Shown: one piece after another, positions 1-18,243 of the stretch
How positions within the stretch are numbered: the stretch's first letter is position 1
Layout of the letters: every line of letters begins with the position of its first letter
NCBI GenBank assembly: GCA_000004695.1
Contig: CM000152.2
Location: 4,480,001-4,544,000, forward strand
Length of the DNA stretch: 64,000 nucleotides
DNA from: Dictyostelium discoideum
Taxonomy: Eukaryota
Direction: 5' to 3'
Notes under the pieces: generated by a model
What the model saw: only the letters and a program-made list of their open reading frames with translations
Databases searched by the model: none
Told to the model about the DNA's origin: nothing
Program-made: the position numbers and the translations under genes

Positions 1-304
1 TTACAAGAAAGATTGATAAAACAAAATCCTCAATAAATCTGTAAATTATAAAAGTTTTATCTTTTATAATTTACATTTTTTTTTTTTTTTTTTATTTTTC
101 CTCCAAAATAGTATAATATATATATAACTCGCACAACTTACAAAAAAATTAATAGAAATAAATAACAACAATATTTGTAATAATTAATAAATAATAATAA
201 TAAAAATAATAAAATTAAAACGAATATTAATTTTTTTTTTTTAAAAAAAAAAATAATAAAATTAATTTATATGATTAGTTTTATTTGATTTTTTATTATT
301 GAAT

Positions 305-4393
<4,089 letters not shown>

Positions 4394-4505
4394 CTTTTTT
4401 TTTTTTTTTTTTTTTGGAGCAAATGAGAAAATTAATAAAAACTTTTTAATAAAAAAAAAAAAATAAAGAAATTAAATTAAGGTGTGTGTATGTGTTTATA
4501 ATTAC

Positions 4506-4854
4506 TCTTTTTCTGGATTTCTTATTATAATCAAGATCATTATCAATGAAATTTGGGAATTGTGGCGATTTACTACTTCTTGGTCTTAGACTAATTGTAT
4601 ACTTCCTATTATTTTGTTGTTCCTCCTCCCCCTCTTCTTCTTCCTCCTCTTCCCCCTCCTCTTGTTCTTCTTCTTCTTCTTCTTCAACCATTTCCTCATC
4701 AACATCCTCTTCTCCATACTCACTATAAGCATTCTCCTCCTCTTGTTGTTCTTCCTCATCATCATCATCTTGTTCCGTCTCAACCTCCTCCTCTTCTTCA
4801 TCTTCCTGTTGTTGATATTGTTTCTGTCTCTGCGAAGTTTGTTGTTGTTGTTGT

Positions 4855-4889
<35 letters not shown>

Positions 4890-5653
4890 TTGTATTTTAT
4901 ATGAAATATTATCATCTTCTCCCTCGTCATCATTATTGTTGTTGTTTCGATTATTATTAGTATTTTGTTTTTTACGTTGTCTATTATTTGAATGAATTTC
5001 ATCAATATCATCATCATAACCATTTAAAGTAGCTTCGAAACTAAATGATTTAGGTGGCACTCTTTGCCTTTGAGGTCTTTGAGGTTGAAATTTCTTTTGC
5101 TCTTCCTCTAATTTCATTTGTTGTTGTTGATATCTAATATGCTTTTGGTGTTGTTTATTTTGTAATTCTTGTTGTATTTGGTGTTGAAATTTCCCAAGTC
5201 CAATATTTTCTTGAGGCTGTTGTTTTTTAAGTTGTTGATTTAAAATTTTATTTTCAATACCTGTATTATCATAAATTTCAGTTTTATTCCCACCATTGAT
5301 ATTATTGTTATTATTATTATTGATATTATCATTGTTAATGGTTTTACTATTATCAATATTACTATTGGTATTACTATTATTATTATTATTATTACTACTA
5401 CTACCACCACTACTATTATTATCATTATTTTTATTATTATTTTCATTTATAAGATTATTATTACCACCACTACCAACAATATCACCAGAGTTACCTTCAG
5501 TTCCACTATTATCAGTACTTCCACCGCTATCTACATTATGTTTTCTTCTCCTATTAACAAAAGATCCATGTGAAACTGGAAAATTAACTGTAGAAATAGT
5601 ACTATTAACATATCCGATACTGTTTGAAGTTGTTATGGTAGTGGGGGGTAGGC

Positions 5654-5747
<94 letters not shown>

Positions 5748-5819
5748 TAAATCATTATTAATTATATTACTATGATTATTACCATTGTTAGTTTGTGTTA
5801 TATCATTAGTGCATTCCAT
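4506..5819 (-). CDS. ATAD2/Yta7-like AAA+ ATPase, 5' exon with the poly-N, poly-Q and acidic N-terminal region. A 112-bp intron at 4394..4505 joins it to the 3' exon.
   Basis: ORF 4446..5876 has the acidic/poly-E N-terminus typical of Yta7/ATAD2. A minus-strand GTAATT donor sits right after codon R at 4506-4508. The intron is over 90% AT and ends in an A-run plus AG at 4394-4395. Both junctions are phase 0, giving ...KSRKR|NKITTPVPRRR... in frame with the downstream ORF. The likely start is the Met of MECTNDIT at 5819; the upstream MFICFFFF is poly-T read-through. Confidence 0.6.
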
Positions 5820-5938
5820 TATTAATATGTATGAATATTTAAATGAAAAGAAAAAAAAAAAAAAACAAATAAACACACTGTGATGAAAAAAAAAAAAATA
5901 AAATTAAATTAAAAAAAATGAAAATTTAAATTCAGTTT

Positions 5939-5975
<37 letters not shown>

Positions 5976-6136
5976 CCTTTTAGGTGACATTAGCTTTATT
6001 TATATGCATTTAATAATATATTTTTGTGAATGGGTTTTTTTTTTAAAATTTCCATATAAAAAAAAAAAAAAATGCCAATATAAACAGAAAAAAAAAAATA
6101 AAAAAATATTAAAACTAAACAAATTCTTATTAAAAT

Positions 6137-6183
<47 letters not shown>

Positions 6184-6205
6184 ATTTTTATTTTATTTTT
6201 TAAAT

Positions 6206-7907
6206 TTAGTTTTTCTTTAAAATTTGAGAACTTGCATAAAAGATACAACCAATTAAATTTAAATTAATGATAATCTTTTGACCAAATACTGGAATGGTTG
6301 ATAACCATTCAAGTTTTGGATGATCTAAGAATTCTTCTCCTAAAAATGGTTTAATTGAACAAACCATTGCATTATTTCTAACGATATTATCACCAATTAA
6401 GAAAACTGATGCACCAAATGTACCAACACTAATTTCTCTAGCGCATCTAACAAGATATTGATAATGAATTTTCATTGTCTTTACACAACTACAATTTAAA
6501 TTCTCTGGATTTGCTGCTGCTTGACTTGCAACTATAATTAATTAATTAATTAATTTTTATTATTATTATTAGTAAATTTAATTTCAAAAAAATAAAATAA
6601 AATAAAATAAAATAAAATAAAATAAATTAATTGATTAATAAATAAATAAAATGTAATTACTTTCTGAATTATTTCTTTCTGGTTCATTTTCATGTTTCAT
6701 AATACTATAAAGTGCTTGAACACCACGACCACTAACAATATCTTCATATTCTAATGAGTAGTTGGTTCTTGTACTAGAAATAAATAGATTAAATAACAGA
6801 TAATTAGATTTGTTATATATATATATTACTATAAAGAGAAAGTTATTTAAAACACTAATAATAATAATAATAATGATACTTTACATTTCCTTTTCTTTAA
6901 TAATGTTTTGTAATTTTTTGAATAATTCTTGTTCACAATCATTAGTATCTGAACAAATGCTAATATGACCAAACTCTGATGGAATAACTTTATATTGATC
7001 ACCAAATTTAGTGATTAAACCTACACCTAAACCAGTACCTGCTGCTAAAACTGGGTCTAAAAATTATAATAAAAATTAAAAATAATTGTAATTATATTAG
7101 TATATATATGTATAATTATACACATTGTAGTATATACTACAAAATAAAAATAATCAAAACTTACAAACACAATTATCTGGTTGTCTTAATGGACCTGTTT
7201 GTTGAACGATAGTTGAGAAAATTGAATCTAAACCACCTTCAGACCTCATGAATGGGATGATACCATAAGCACCACTTTCAAGATCATTTAAAACTGCAAA
7301 TTTACCTGGTGGACAAAGTTTGCTTGGTAATTTCTCTGTGTAAAGGAAATTATCAGATTCAATATAGTTGGTTAATTTATACTAATTTATTAATTTATTA
7401 ATTTAAAAATAATAAAAAATAAAAAATAAAAAAAAGTATTAGAATTACATTTACAATAATATATTAAAAAAAAAAAAAAAAAAAAAAATTATATAAATTT
7501 ATAATTACTTTATTTTTTGAAAGATGTGGACCAGCAAGATCGATACAACAGAATTCTGGTTCGATAAAATTACCTAAACATTCATTTTGAATAATTGTTA
7601 ATTCTTCAATGAGTTTTGTGATATTACTGCATAAGAATTCTTTGATTGTATAATAATCACCATTTTCTGTTGCATATACTACTCTTGTATTTGTACCACC
7701 AATATCAATACCAATAAAATATTGCTAAAATTATATTAAATTAAAAAATAAAAAAATAAAAAATAAAGTTAATAAATGATTTATTTACTTTATTTTTTTA
7801 TTTTTTATTTTTTATTTTTTATTTTTAGTATACTTACAGAGTCTGTTTTTTGTTCTTCAATAAGTTTTGAGTAGTCTCCTAATACTTTATAAACCATTTT
7901 TGTTTTT
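6206..7907 (-). CDS. Glucokinase, bacterial Glk type (ATP-dependent glucose kinase). Six exons: 7848..7907, 7509..7724, 7165..7381, 6885..7056, 6661..6773 and 6206..6531.
   Basis: The spliced translation gives MVYKVLGDYSKLIEEQKTDS|QYFIGIDIGGTNTRVV...(N-terminal ATP-binding motif)...FAVLNDLESGAYGI...DPVLAAGTGLGVGLI...VIPSEFGHISI...YEDIVSGRGVQALYSIM...CAREISVGTFGASVFLIGDNIV. These match the Glk family motifs (GDVGGTNAR, INDF, GAGTGLGV, GEGGHV, SGPGL). All introns are 110-130 bp, AT-rich, start GTAAGT/GTAATT/GTAAAG and end AG. The phases are consistent: 0, 0, 1, 2, 1. Confidence 0.8.
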
Positions 7908-8420
7908 ATGTATGTTTTTAAAAAAAAAGAAAATTATGAAAATAAAAAAAAAAAAAAAAAAAAATTTGGGAGTATTTAATTATTTTTTTTTTAAAAAATA
8001 AAATAAAAAAAAAAAAAATTAAAATAAAATGATGTTGAAAGTCGGGGTGCTGAACTTATCAATTGGAGGATCGTCTGAATGTTCAATTCGAATTAATTCC
8101 GGAAAAAAAAAAAAAAAAAAAATTAAAAAATAAAATTTAAAAAAAAAAAAATAAATTGTTAATTAAAAAAAAATATTGTTAATACTAAAAAAAAAATATA
8201 TTGTCAATATTTAAAAAAAATAATTAAAAAAATTTAAAAACCCAAAATAAATAATTTTTTTTTTTTTTTTTTTTTAGAGGCAGTCAAGAAAAAAAGTAGA
8301 TTATATTTTTATTTAAAATTAATTTTAAGAAAATTAATAGTAGTTCCAAAATAAAAATAAAAAAACACTTATTTGTTATTCCTATTATTTTTTTATTAAT
8401 TTATTTATTTTCGACTAACC

Positions 8421-8456
<36 letters not shown>

Positions 8457-9145
8457 ATTATTTTTAGTTGTTTATGATTTTTTTTTTTTTTTATAATGAT
8501 AATGAAATGTTATTAATTTTATTGATTTCACCTACCCCCATTAAAATAATTTTTTTAATAAAAATAATATATATTATTATTTTTATAATATTAAAAATAG
8601 CGACATATGAACTTTAATTTTGTTTCAGTGAGGAGCGAGGGTGAGTGTTAGTGTGAGTATTTTAAATACATAATTAATAATATCTAAAAGATTTTAAAAA
8701 ATAATTGAATATTCCTATTAAAAAGAGGGACACAATGATGAAACACAACCTCCCTTCATATGTGATTTTAAAAACATATTAAAATTAAAAAAAAAAAAAA
8801 AAAATTAAGAGGAAAAAAAAAACAAATAGTTTTTTTAAGTGGGTTGTGTTTCAAGTGGGGTGATTTAGATAATTTTTTCAAAAAAAATAACCAATAATTT
8901 GCCCCCACCCACTTTCACTATCAAGTTTTTTTATTTTGAAAAAAAAAATTTTGTGTTTAAAAATAAATTAACAAAAAAAAAAAAATAATAAAAATACATT
9001 TTTTGTGGTGAGATAAATAGAGATAATGATGAATATAAACGACAATTCGAGAAATGAAACCTTTTTTTAGAATGTTTTTGAGATCATATTGAGAGATAAT
9101 TAATCAAAGTGGTGAAATACCCACAAAATTATTTTAAAAATAAAA

Positions 9146-9179
<34 letters not shown>

Positions 9180-9675
9180 AATTAAATTAAATTTTTGATT
9201 AATATTATTTTTTATTTTTTTTTTTTATTTTTTTATTTTATTTTATTTAATTTAATTTAATTTAAATTTTAAATATTTATTTTGGAATTCCAAAAAAAAA
9301 TAAATTCAAACTGTATTATATTGTATTATTAACAAGAACTAGAAAATTTCCTAATCTACTTTTTTTTATTTTAAAATAAATAAAAAAAATATATAAACAA
9401 ATTTTAAAAAAGGTAATAAAAAAATCAATTTTAAATTAAACGATAGATAAAATGAGATCAAATTTTATTTTAATTAAATTTAATTTTTAATTAATTAAAT
9501 AATAATAATAATAATAATTGTAAAATAATAATAAAAATAATGATAATAATAAAAATAATAATAATATTTTTAATATTCTTATTAGTAATTATTATAAATG
9601 GAATTAATTTGAAATTGTTTTAAACACTACATTCTTATTTTAGTTTTTTAAAAATTATCAAAATAATTTATATTT

Positions 9676-9797
<122 letters not shown>

Positions 9798-10118
9798 TTA
9801 TTAATTTTAAATTAGATTTGAAATTAAATGTCAGGTTTTTTTAGAAATTTTTTATTTTTTTTCTTTATTATTTTTTTTTTTTTTTTGAATTGTGTGTTAG
9901 ATTTTAATAAATAAATTATTTAATAAATAATAAACCCATTCTCTTAAATAATGGGGTTAAAGAAAATTAACTATAAAAGTTTTATATGGCTAAAACCACA
10001 TAAAATAAAATAAATTTTAAAAAATTATAAATTAAAAAATTAAATATATATTAATATATCGAGCTGAATCTTTTCGATGTTCATTTTTTAAAATAATAAC
10101 AATATATAAAAAAATAAA

Positions 10119-10151
<33 letters not shown>

Positions 10152-10200
10152 ATAATAATAGTAATAATAATAATAATTTTAAACTACCAAGTCCCCACTT

Positions 10201-10202
<2 letters not shown>

Positions 10203-10250
<48 letters not shown>
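10203..10250. repeat. Poly(T) homopolymer of 48 nt.
   Basis: An uninterrupted T run. Confidence 0.95.
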
Positions 10251-10914
10251 CAAAAAATTGAAAATTGTGGGGTGTTTAAGTTTTCAATAACAATTGAATA
10301 GAAATTATATATAATATTCTATATTAAATAATTGTTGGATTTAATTGTGATACTATTTTTACTATCATAACAACCCCATTAATACATATAAGCACACAAA
10401 CACTACACACTACACACACAACATAAACAACAAAAATAACAACAATAACAACAAAACACTAACCACACGTACAACAACACTAACCACACATAATCATTAA
10501 GAAATAATAACAGCAAAATTTAAAAAAAATAAAAATAAAAAAATAAAAAAAAAAGAAAAAAAAAAAAGAAAAAAAGAAAAAAAAAAAAAAAAAAGAAAAT
10601 AATATTGTTCCTTCCACTACTACTACTATTATTATTTTCATACCACTTTCAAACAAAAGGAACAAATAATAATAATAATTGTATCAATAACCAATAGAAT
10701 TAATTTTTTTTTTTTTTTTTTTAAAAACTTTAACTTTTTTTGGAATATTATTAAAACCGACATTAAAAAAAAAAAAAAAAAAAAAAAAGAGGTAAAAATA
10801 ATAATTATACAGATAATAATATTATCATTCATAATAATTATAAAAAAAATAATTATAAATAATAAAATCAAAAATAATTATAATAATAATAATTTTTTTT
10901 TAAAAAAAAAAAAT

Positions 10915-10945
<31 letters not shown>

Positions 10946-11682
10946 TGTGATATGTTTTAGGTTGGTAAAATTATTTTATTTATTTATTTATTTATTTATT
11001 TTATTTTATTTTTTTTAAAAAAAAAAAAAATTAGCTGTTTTTAAAATAATTTGATAAAATAAATAATCACATTCAATTGTGATATATTAATTGTATTCTA
11101 TTTAATTAAAATAAATAACAATTGTTGTTTTTATCCATTTTTTTATTTTTTTTTTTTTTTATTTTTTTGTGAATTACAAAAAAAAAAAAAAAAAAAAAAA
11201 AAAAGGTTACTTTAATTTTTTTTTTTTTTTTTTTTTTTTAAATAATTGTTTTTGTCCAAAATATTTTATTAAAATTTATGCTATCTTATTATTTATATCT
11301 TGCATAATTCAATTAAAATATTTTTAAGAAAAGGAACAACCCTCTTTTAAAAATATTAAATTATAAAAAAATAAATAATAATTAAAAAAAAAATAAAAAT
11401 AAAATTTTTTAAAAAAAAAAAAAAAAACTCTTAAAATTATATAATTGGAAATAATAATAATATAATAATAGTTGTAAAATAGTATGTATTTATTTTTATT
11501 TTTTTATTTATTATTTCCTTTATTTTTAACATTTTATTTAAATAATAATAATAATAATAATTTAAAATAATAATAAAAAAAATTTTATAACAGTTTCAAA
11601 CTTTTAATTTTATAATTAAAATATTTGAAACTATGTCATAACTGACTCTTCTTTAACTGTGTGAGTTTTTTGTGTTTGTGGA

Positions 11683-11710
11683 GTGTGTGTGTGTGTGTGT
11701 GTGTGTGTGT
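11683..11710. repeat. (GT)14 dinucleotide repeat.
   Basis: gtgtgtgt... run. Confidence 0.95.
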
Positions 11711-12823
11711 ATTTATTAATTTTATATGTGTAAAAAATTTATATATTAATTTTAAATATTGTGATATGTTCACCAATTCAAAAAAAAAAAAAATATTAAA
11801 ATAATAATAAAAAAATTTAAATAGTATGTTATTCTTTATAATAATATCAAATTAAAAACATCATACAACACCTACATCATCCAAGTTGTTGTTTTTAAAA
11901 AAGACAGTTAACAATAAAAAACACATTGTTAAATAGATGCATACTCGTTAAAAAAAAAAAAATAAAAAAAAAATAAAATAATAAATAAAAAAAATAAAAT
12001 ACACACAGTTAAAAAAAAAAATAATAATATTAATAACTAGAGAACGAGTGAAATAATAATTTTTTAAAAAAACATATACACCCCCCCACTTTATATAAGT
12101 TTTTTTATTTATTTAATTTTTTTATTAAATTATTATTTTTTTTTTTTTGTGTGTGTCTTTTTTTGTGTGTTGTGGTTATTTTTTTTTAATAGATTTGTGT
12201 TTGAGTGGGTTGGTTTGTGGTGATAGTTGATTTCAAAATATAGCCCTTACAAATAAAAGTTTTATTATGGTGATAACTAAAAAAAATAAAAAAAACAATT
12301 AAAATAAAAAAATAATTTAAAAAAGAATATAAATAATCTTTTTTTTTTTTTTTTATTGTTTTTTTTTTTTTTTTTTTTTTCATAAATAGTTTTTTTTTAA
12401 AAAAAAAAAATTAAATAATAATAATAAAAAACACAATCAAAAAAAGCAACAACACCACCACCACCAACAACAACAACAACAACAATAACATCCAAACCAC
12501 ATACAAAAAAGGGAATACCTAAAATAATCCCAATTTAGAATTTATTAATCAAACCGTCAAATAAAATTAATAATAAAATAAATAAATAATTTATTTATAA
12601 ATATTAATTTTTTAATAATTGTATTATTTATAATAAAACCAAAATTCCTTTTAATGTATGTTTTTATTTGATTTATTTTATTATTTTTATTTTTAACAAC
12701 AACAACACTATTTTAAAAAATTGTTTTGTTTTTTTTTTGTTTTTTTTATTTTATTTTATTTTATTTTATTTTATTTTTTTTACTACAACTCCTAAAAAAA
12801 GAAATTAAATCCAAACAAATCAA

Positions 12824-12856
<33 letters not shown>

Positions 12857-13968
12857 TAGTAACTATACTACAAAAAAATAATTAACAAATTACATTAATT
12901 ATCATCATCATCACCATCATCACCATCCATCATCCATCAAACCTTTTTTCATTTATATATGGTGTAAATTTTATTTAGATTTTACTTTTTTTTTTTTTTT
13001 TTTATTATTGTTTAAAAAAAAAAAAATTTTATTTTTTTTATTTTTTTTTGTTTTTTTTTTTTTTTTTTTTTTACAAAAAAGGTAATTTTTTATAAAACTC
13101 TAATCTTAAAATATTTCACCAACTTTTTTTCACTATTAACAATTTACACCCCACACATACAATACACCATATATTTTTGAGAAGGTTTTACTTTTTTTTA
13201 TTTTTAAATTACATTTAATTTTTTTTTTTATTTTATTTTTTTTTTTTAAATATTATTTTTTTTTTTTTTTATTTATTTTTTTTTTTAATGTTAAATTTGG
13301 AATTATTTTTTAAATACTTTTTCCCTATTTTATCTTTATGTGTTTTTTTGATCATCAACCTTCTTTTTATTAAATAAAATCACAACCCACAATCACCATC
13401 ACCCTACATTTTTAAATCAATTGATAATCTATATAAACGTATATACTAACTTTACTTTAAAATAATATTTTATTTTTTTTATTATATATATCTTAATTTT
13501 CTATAGCAAATAATTAATTTTTAAAAAAAAAAAAAAAGAAAAAAAAAAAATTTTATTTCAAACCACCCAAATAGTATATTACATCATCACGTTTTCATCA
13601 TCAACTTATATTATTATTTTTTTTTTTGTGCCCCACTCCCAACCACATAAATTTCCAATTTAAAAATTAAAAAAACACCCACAAACCCACATAACCCAAA
13701 TTTGTATATTATAAAAAAAAAAAAACCCACACTCTTTGCTATAAATCAAATATATTTATATTAATTTTATTTATTTGTATAAAAAAAAAAAATTTTAATT
13801 TTTAAAAAAAAAATTTATTTATTATAAAAAAAAAATAATAATAATAATTGTTTATTTTAAAAAAAAAAAAAAAAACATAAATCAAAAAAACAATAAAAAA
13901 AAAAAAAAAAAATCAACAGTTAAAAAAAAAATAATAATAATAATAATTAAAGTAAAAAACGGATTTCT

Positions 13969-14018
<50 letters not shown>

Positions 14019-14019
<1 letters not shown>

Positions 14020-14563
14020 TGAGCTTATCAACAGTATCAAACCATATAATAAATCCATTAGGAAATGTTGTTTATGGTAATCCATCATCACCAACATCAA
14101 CTTCATCATCATCATCCCTAACACCAACATCAACCAACGAAGAAATGATAAAGAAAGAAGATAGTGGTACAAGTGAACCATCATCACCTTCTACAGGTGA
14201 GTGTAACGGTAAAAAAGCTGGTAGAAGAAAAATTAAAATAGAGTTCATCGATGATAAATCCAGAAGACATATTACCTTTTCCAAAAGAAAAGCTGGTATC
14301 ATGAAGAAAGCATACGAGCTATCAACTCTTACCGGTACTCAAGTCTTATTATTAGTTGCCTCCGAAACTGGTCATGTATATACATTTGCAACTGCTAAAT
14401 TACAACCATTAATCACTAGACCAGAAGGTAAAAACCTCATTCAATCTTGCTTAAATACTCCTGATAATCCAAATTCACCTTCAATGGCAAATCAAAATAG
14501 TAATAATAATTCAAATTTATTACAACAACAACAACAACAACAATTACAACAACAACAACAATT

Positions 14564-14630
<67 letters not shown>

Positions 14631-14710
14631 GCTGCTCAACAAGCTGTCCAACAACAACAACAACAACAAGCCGCTCAACAACAAGCCGCTCAACAACAAC
14701 AATTACAATT

Positions 14711-14778
<68 letters not shown>

Positions 14779-14931
14779 TACAACAATTACAACAACAACA
14801 ATTATTACAACAACAACAACACCAACAAATACAACAACATCAACAACAACAACAATATATAAATTCAAATGGATATCCTGAAACAATTTACGACATTCAA
14901 GATAAAGATATTGAAAGAAGATTAGGAAAAG

Positions 14932-14967
<36 letters not shown>

Positions 14968-15275
14968 TTAATAATAATAATAATAATAACAATAGTAATA
15001 ATAATAGTGGTAATAATAATAGCAATAATAATAATAATAATAATAATAAAAATAATTCAAATAATAATTCACAATATATTCAACAACAAAATTTAAATAT
15101 TGACTTAAACTATAGTAACCCAAATGTTTATCCAATTGGTAATTATTTCCAACAAACCGTTCAATCAAGATATATTCAAAGTAGTAGCAGTGCCTCTTCC
15201 TCACCAGCTTCTCCAAACCAATTTAATTATTCAAATCATTCAATGCCATTAAATAATCAATTTCCACCATGCTAA
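14019..15275 (+). CDS. srfA: MADS-box SRF-type transcription factor (serum response factor homolog A), 418 aa, single exon.
   Basis: The MADS box GRRKIKIEFIDDKSRRHITFSKRKAGIMKKAYELSTLTGTQVLLLVASETGHVYTFATAKLQPLITRPEGKNLIQSCLN is nearly identical to animal SRF. A long poly-Q/(CAA)n tract follows at 14521-14860, then a poly-N tract. The 418-aa length matches Dictyostelium SrfA. About 6 kb of AT-rich upstream DNA containing CA-rich islands precedes it. Confidence 0.85.
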
Positions 15276-15952
15276 ATAATTTATAAAAAAAATAATAATA
15301 ATAAATAATAATAATAACAATAATAACAATAAGAATAATTAAACAACTATAAATTTTAAAATATAATTCCAACAAACCGCCATATAGAAGTCTTTTTTTC
15401 TTTCCTTTTTTCCATTTTTTTTTTTTTTTTAATTTATAAAAAAAAAAAAAACTAATAATAATCTGTATACATTCCGGGATAGAAAAAAAGAAGTGATCCA
15501 AATACGCATTGGGAACGAGATATAATATAAATAAACATTATTTATTTAAAAATTAAGTAAATAAAAAAAAAAAAAATAAAAAAAAAGTTGAAAAAAAAAA
15601 AAAAAAAAAAATCCATTCTAAACTTTCTATTATTTTATTGTGTAAAGAGAGATATATCCTTTTTTTTTTTTAACATTAATTAATTACTATTATTCACAAT
15701 TAACATATTAAATTTAAAAAAAATAAAAAAAATAAAAACCAAGAAACAAAATTAGGATTTATTTAATTCTCAAAAAAATATAAAATAAAAAGAAATCAAA
15801 ATTAAAAATAAAAAAAAAATAAAATAAAATAAAAATAAAAATTTAAAAAAAAAAATTTGCCACACGAGCGAGTCGCGTTTTTTTTTTTTTTATTTTTTTT
15901 TTTTTATTTTTTTTTAATTAAAAAAATTTGAGAATAGAGATAGAATATAGAA

Positions 15953-17167
15953 ATGGGTGGAGGTAATAAATATTTATCAGCAAATAATAAACAAAGAGTT
16001 GGTTTTGTACATAACCCAGGTAGTAAAAAAACAGCTCATATTCTTTCTTTACCAAATCAAGGTTTATGTTATACATGTCACGAAACTATTGAATGGAAAA
16101 AGAGATATAGAAAATATAAACCATTAACTGTACCAAGCAAATGGTATGTCATTTTAAAAATAAATAAATAGATAAATAATAAACAAAACATAAATTAACA
16201 AACCTCTTTTTTTTTTTTTTTTTTTTTTTATTATTAAAGTAATCACTGTCAACAAAAAACTGTAAGAAGAGCATATCACTTAACTTGTGATGATTGTACT
16301 TTAAAATTACAAGTATGTGGTAAATGCCAAAAACCAAAAGAAATTATAAAGTAAAGTATTTTTTTTTTATTATTTATTATTTTTTACTATTACTATTATT
16401 AATAATTTATTCTCTTTAAAATTAGGGAAATTATTACAAAAGAAACTGAAATCAAAGAACAAGCTGAAATCAGAGAAGCTGTTAGAGATATGACTGAAAG
16501 AGAAAGAAGAACATTTTATAGAGATTTAGAAAAAGGTGATAAAAAAGATAAAAAAGATGAAGAGGATGAAGAAGAGGATGAAGAAGAAGAAGAAGAAAAA
16601 GGAAAATCTAAATCTAAAAAAGAGGATGAGCATGATGATGAAGAGGATGAAGAAGAGGATGAAGACGAAGAAGAGGATGAACAAGATTTTGATAGTGAAG
16701 ATTATGATGATGATGATGAAGATTATAGTGAAGATGAGGTTAAATTATCAACAGTTCCAAAAACTAGAGCCCAATTAACTGTTAAATCTGTCACACAAGA
16801 TATCAATAAACTCTCTAAAATATTTTCAAATGAAAAAGTTGATAATTTAGTTAAAACTAAACCATCATCTGCCAAAGTTGCTGAATCAACAACCACTTCA
16901 ACAACCCAAGTTGATCAAGATGAAGATGATGAAGATGAAGATGACGAAGATGATGTTAGACAAGTATTATCAGCTGAAGCAGTCTATTTAAAACTCAAAG
17001 AACAATATAAATCAAAAAGTAAAACTGAAAAGCAATCAAATAAATTAGTTAAGGAAGAGGATCATGAAGAAGATGAAGATGAAGATGAAGATGATGAAGA
17101 AGAAGATGCAATTTATGAAGGCGAAGAAAATGATGATGAAGAAGATGATGATGAAGAAGAAAATTAA
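15953..17167 (+). CDS. Zinc-ribbon protein resembling the conserved eukaryotic C9orf85 family, with a long acidic (D/E-rich) C-terminal tail. Three exons: 15953..16143, 16240..16350 and 16426..17167.
   Basis: Exon 1 is MGGGNKYLSANNKQRVGFVHNPGSKKTAHILSLPNQGLCYTCHETIEWKKRYRKYKPLTVPSK. Exon 2 is CNHCQQKTVRRAYHLTCDDCTLKLQVCGKCQKPKEIIK. Together they give a Cx2C...Cx2C...Cx2C...Cx2C pattern with the LEWRxKYxKYKPL-like motif recalled from C9orf85. The donors are GTATGT at 16144 and GTAAAG at 16351, and the acceptors are AG at 16238-16239 and 16424-16425. The phases (2, 2) are consistent and run into ORF 16490..17167. Confidence 0.6.
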
Positions 17168-17694
17168 AAACCTCTGACAAAAAAAAAAAAAGAAAAAAAA
17201 AAAAAAAAATGGAAAAACATGGAAAAAAAATATGGAAAAAAAAATACAAAAAAAAATATATAAAAAAAAAATAAAAAAAAAAAATCAAGTTTAACTAATA
17301 AAATTAATTATTAGATAATTTTTAAAAAAAAATAAAATATAAAAAAAAAAAAATGATTGTATGTTTATGAAATTCGGCTTTTTTATTTTTTTTTTTTTTC
17401 ACTCGCAATCAGACAATTTTATTTTTTTTTTTTTTTTTTTTGAATTTTTTTTTTTTTTTTGTTTTAAAATAATTTCATTAATTTTGTAGCTCGACTAAAC
17501 GCAAAATAGAAAAATAATAAATAATTTTCTTTTAATATTAACTACTAAGAATTTATATTAAAATTTTGGGTGTTTTTGATAACAAAAAATAATAATAATA
17601 AAAAAAGAATCAATAATAATAAAAAGTTGAATCAATAAAATTTTTTTTTTTTTTTTTTTTACAGAAAGAATTATCAATATTTAATAAATAAAAA

Positions 17695-18243
17695 ATGTAT
17701 CATGGACAAAAATTAGCAAAATTAGGAAGAGAGTCACATCATAGAATGTTAATGCTTCGTACTATGGTTACCCAATTAATTCGTCATGAAAGAATTAAGA
17801 CAACATTAGCCAAAGCAAAGGCATTAAGAAAAGAAGCAGATAGAATTATAACAATTGCAAAGAGAAACACAAGATTATCACATTCATTAGTATATTCATA
17901 TGTAACTGATAAACAAGTTATACCAAAATTATTTAAAGAATTAAGATTACGTTTTGGCGATAGACCAGGTGGTTATACAAGAGTATTAAAAGCTGGTTCT
18001 CGTTTATCAGATAGATCAAAAATGGCATACATTGAATACGTTGAAAATGATTTAGTACCATTACGTGACTACAAAGCAAATAACAGTAAATTTGCTGTAA
18101 TTCGTAAACCAACACCACAAGGTACTGTTTTTAATTTCGAAGAAAAAGAAACTGGTAAAATTTACTCTTCTGCAATCTCTTTAAATAATAGATTCAAACG
18201 TTTAGAACAATTAAAAAAACAATCAACATCCTCATCAAATTAA
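17695..18243 (+). CDS. mrpl17: Mitochondrial ribosomal protein L17 (bacterial bL17 family), 182 aa.
   Basis: GRESHHRMLMLRTMVTQLIRHERIKTTLAKAKALRKEADRIIT...GDRPGGYTRVLKAG is the bL17 signature. Confidence 0.8.
   Translation: MYHGQKLAKLGRESHHRMLMLRTMVTQLIRHERIKTTLAKAKALRKEADRIITIAKRNTRLSHSLVYSYVTDKQVIPKLFKELRLRFGDRPGGYTRVLKAGSRLSDRSKMAYIEYVENDLVPLRDYKANNSKFAVIRKPTPQGTVFNFEEKETGKIYSSAISLNNRFKRLEQLKKQSTSSSN

Noticed and set aside
4546-5775. Plus-strand ORFs 4546..4728, 4595..4960, 4614..4904 and 5296..5775 (poly-L/S/P).
   Set aside because: They are antisense to the acidic, poly-Q and poly-N first exon of the ATAD2-like gene. They are repeat-driven open frames with no start context.
14437-14886. 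Minus-strand poly-V ORF overlapping srfA.
   Set aside because: It is the complement of the (CAA)n poly-Q tract.
16536-16778. ORF of K/M-rich peptide in the +1 frame of the acidic tail.
   Set aside because: It is an alternate frame of the GAA/GAT repeat. The primary frame is supported by splicing to the zinc-ribbon exons.
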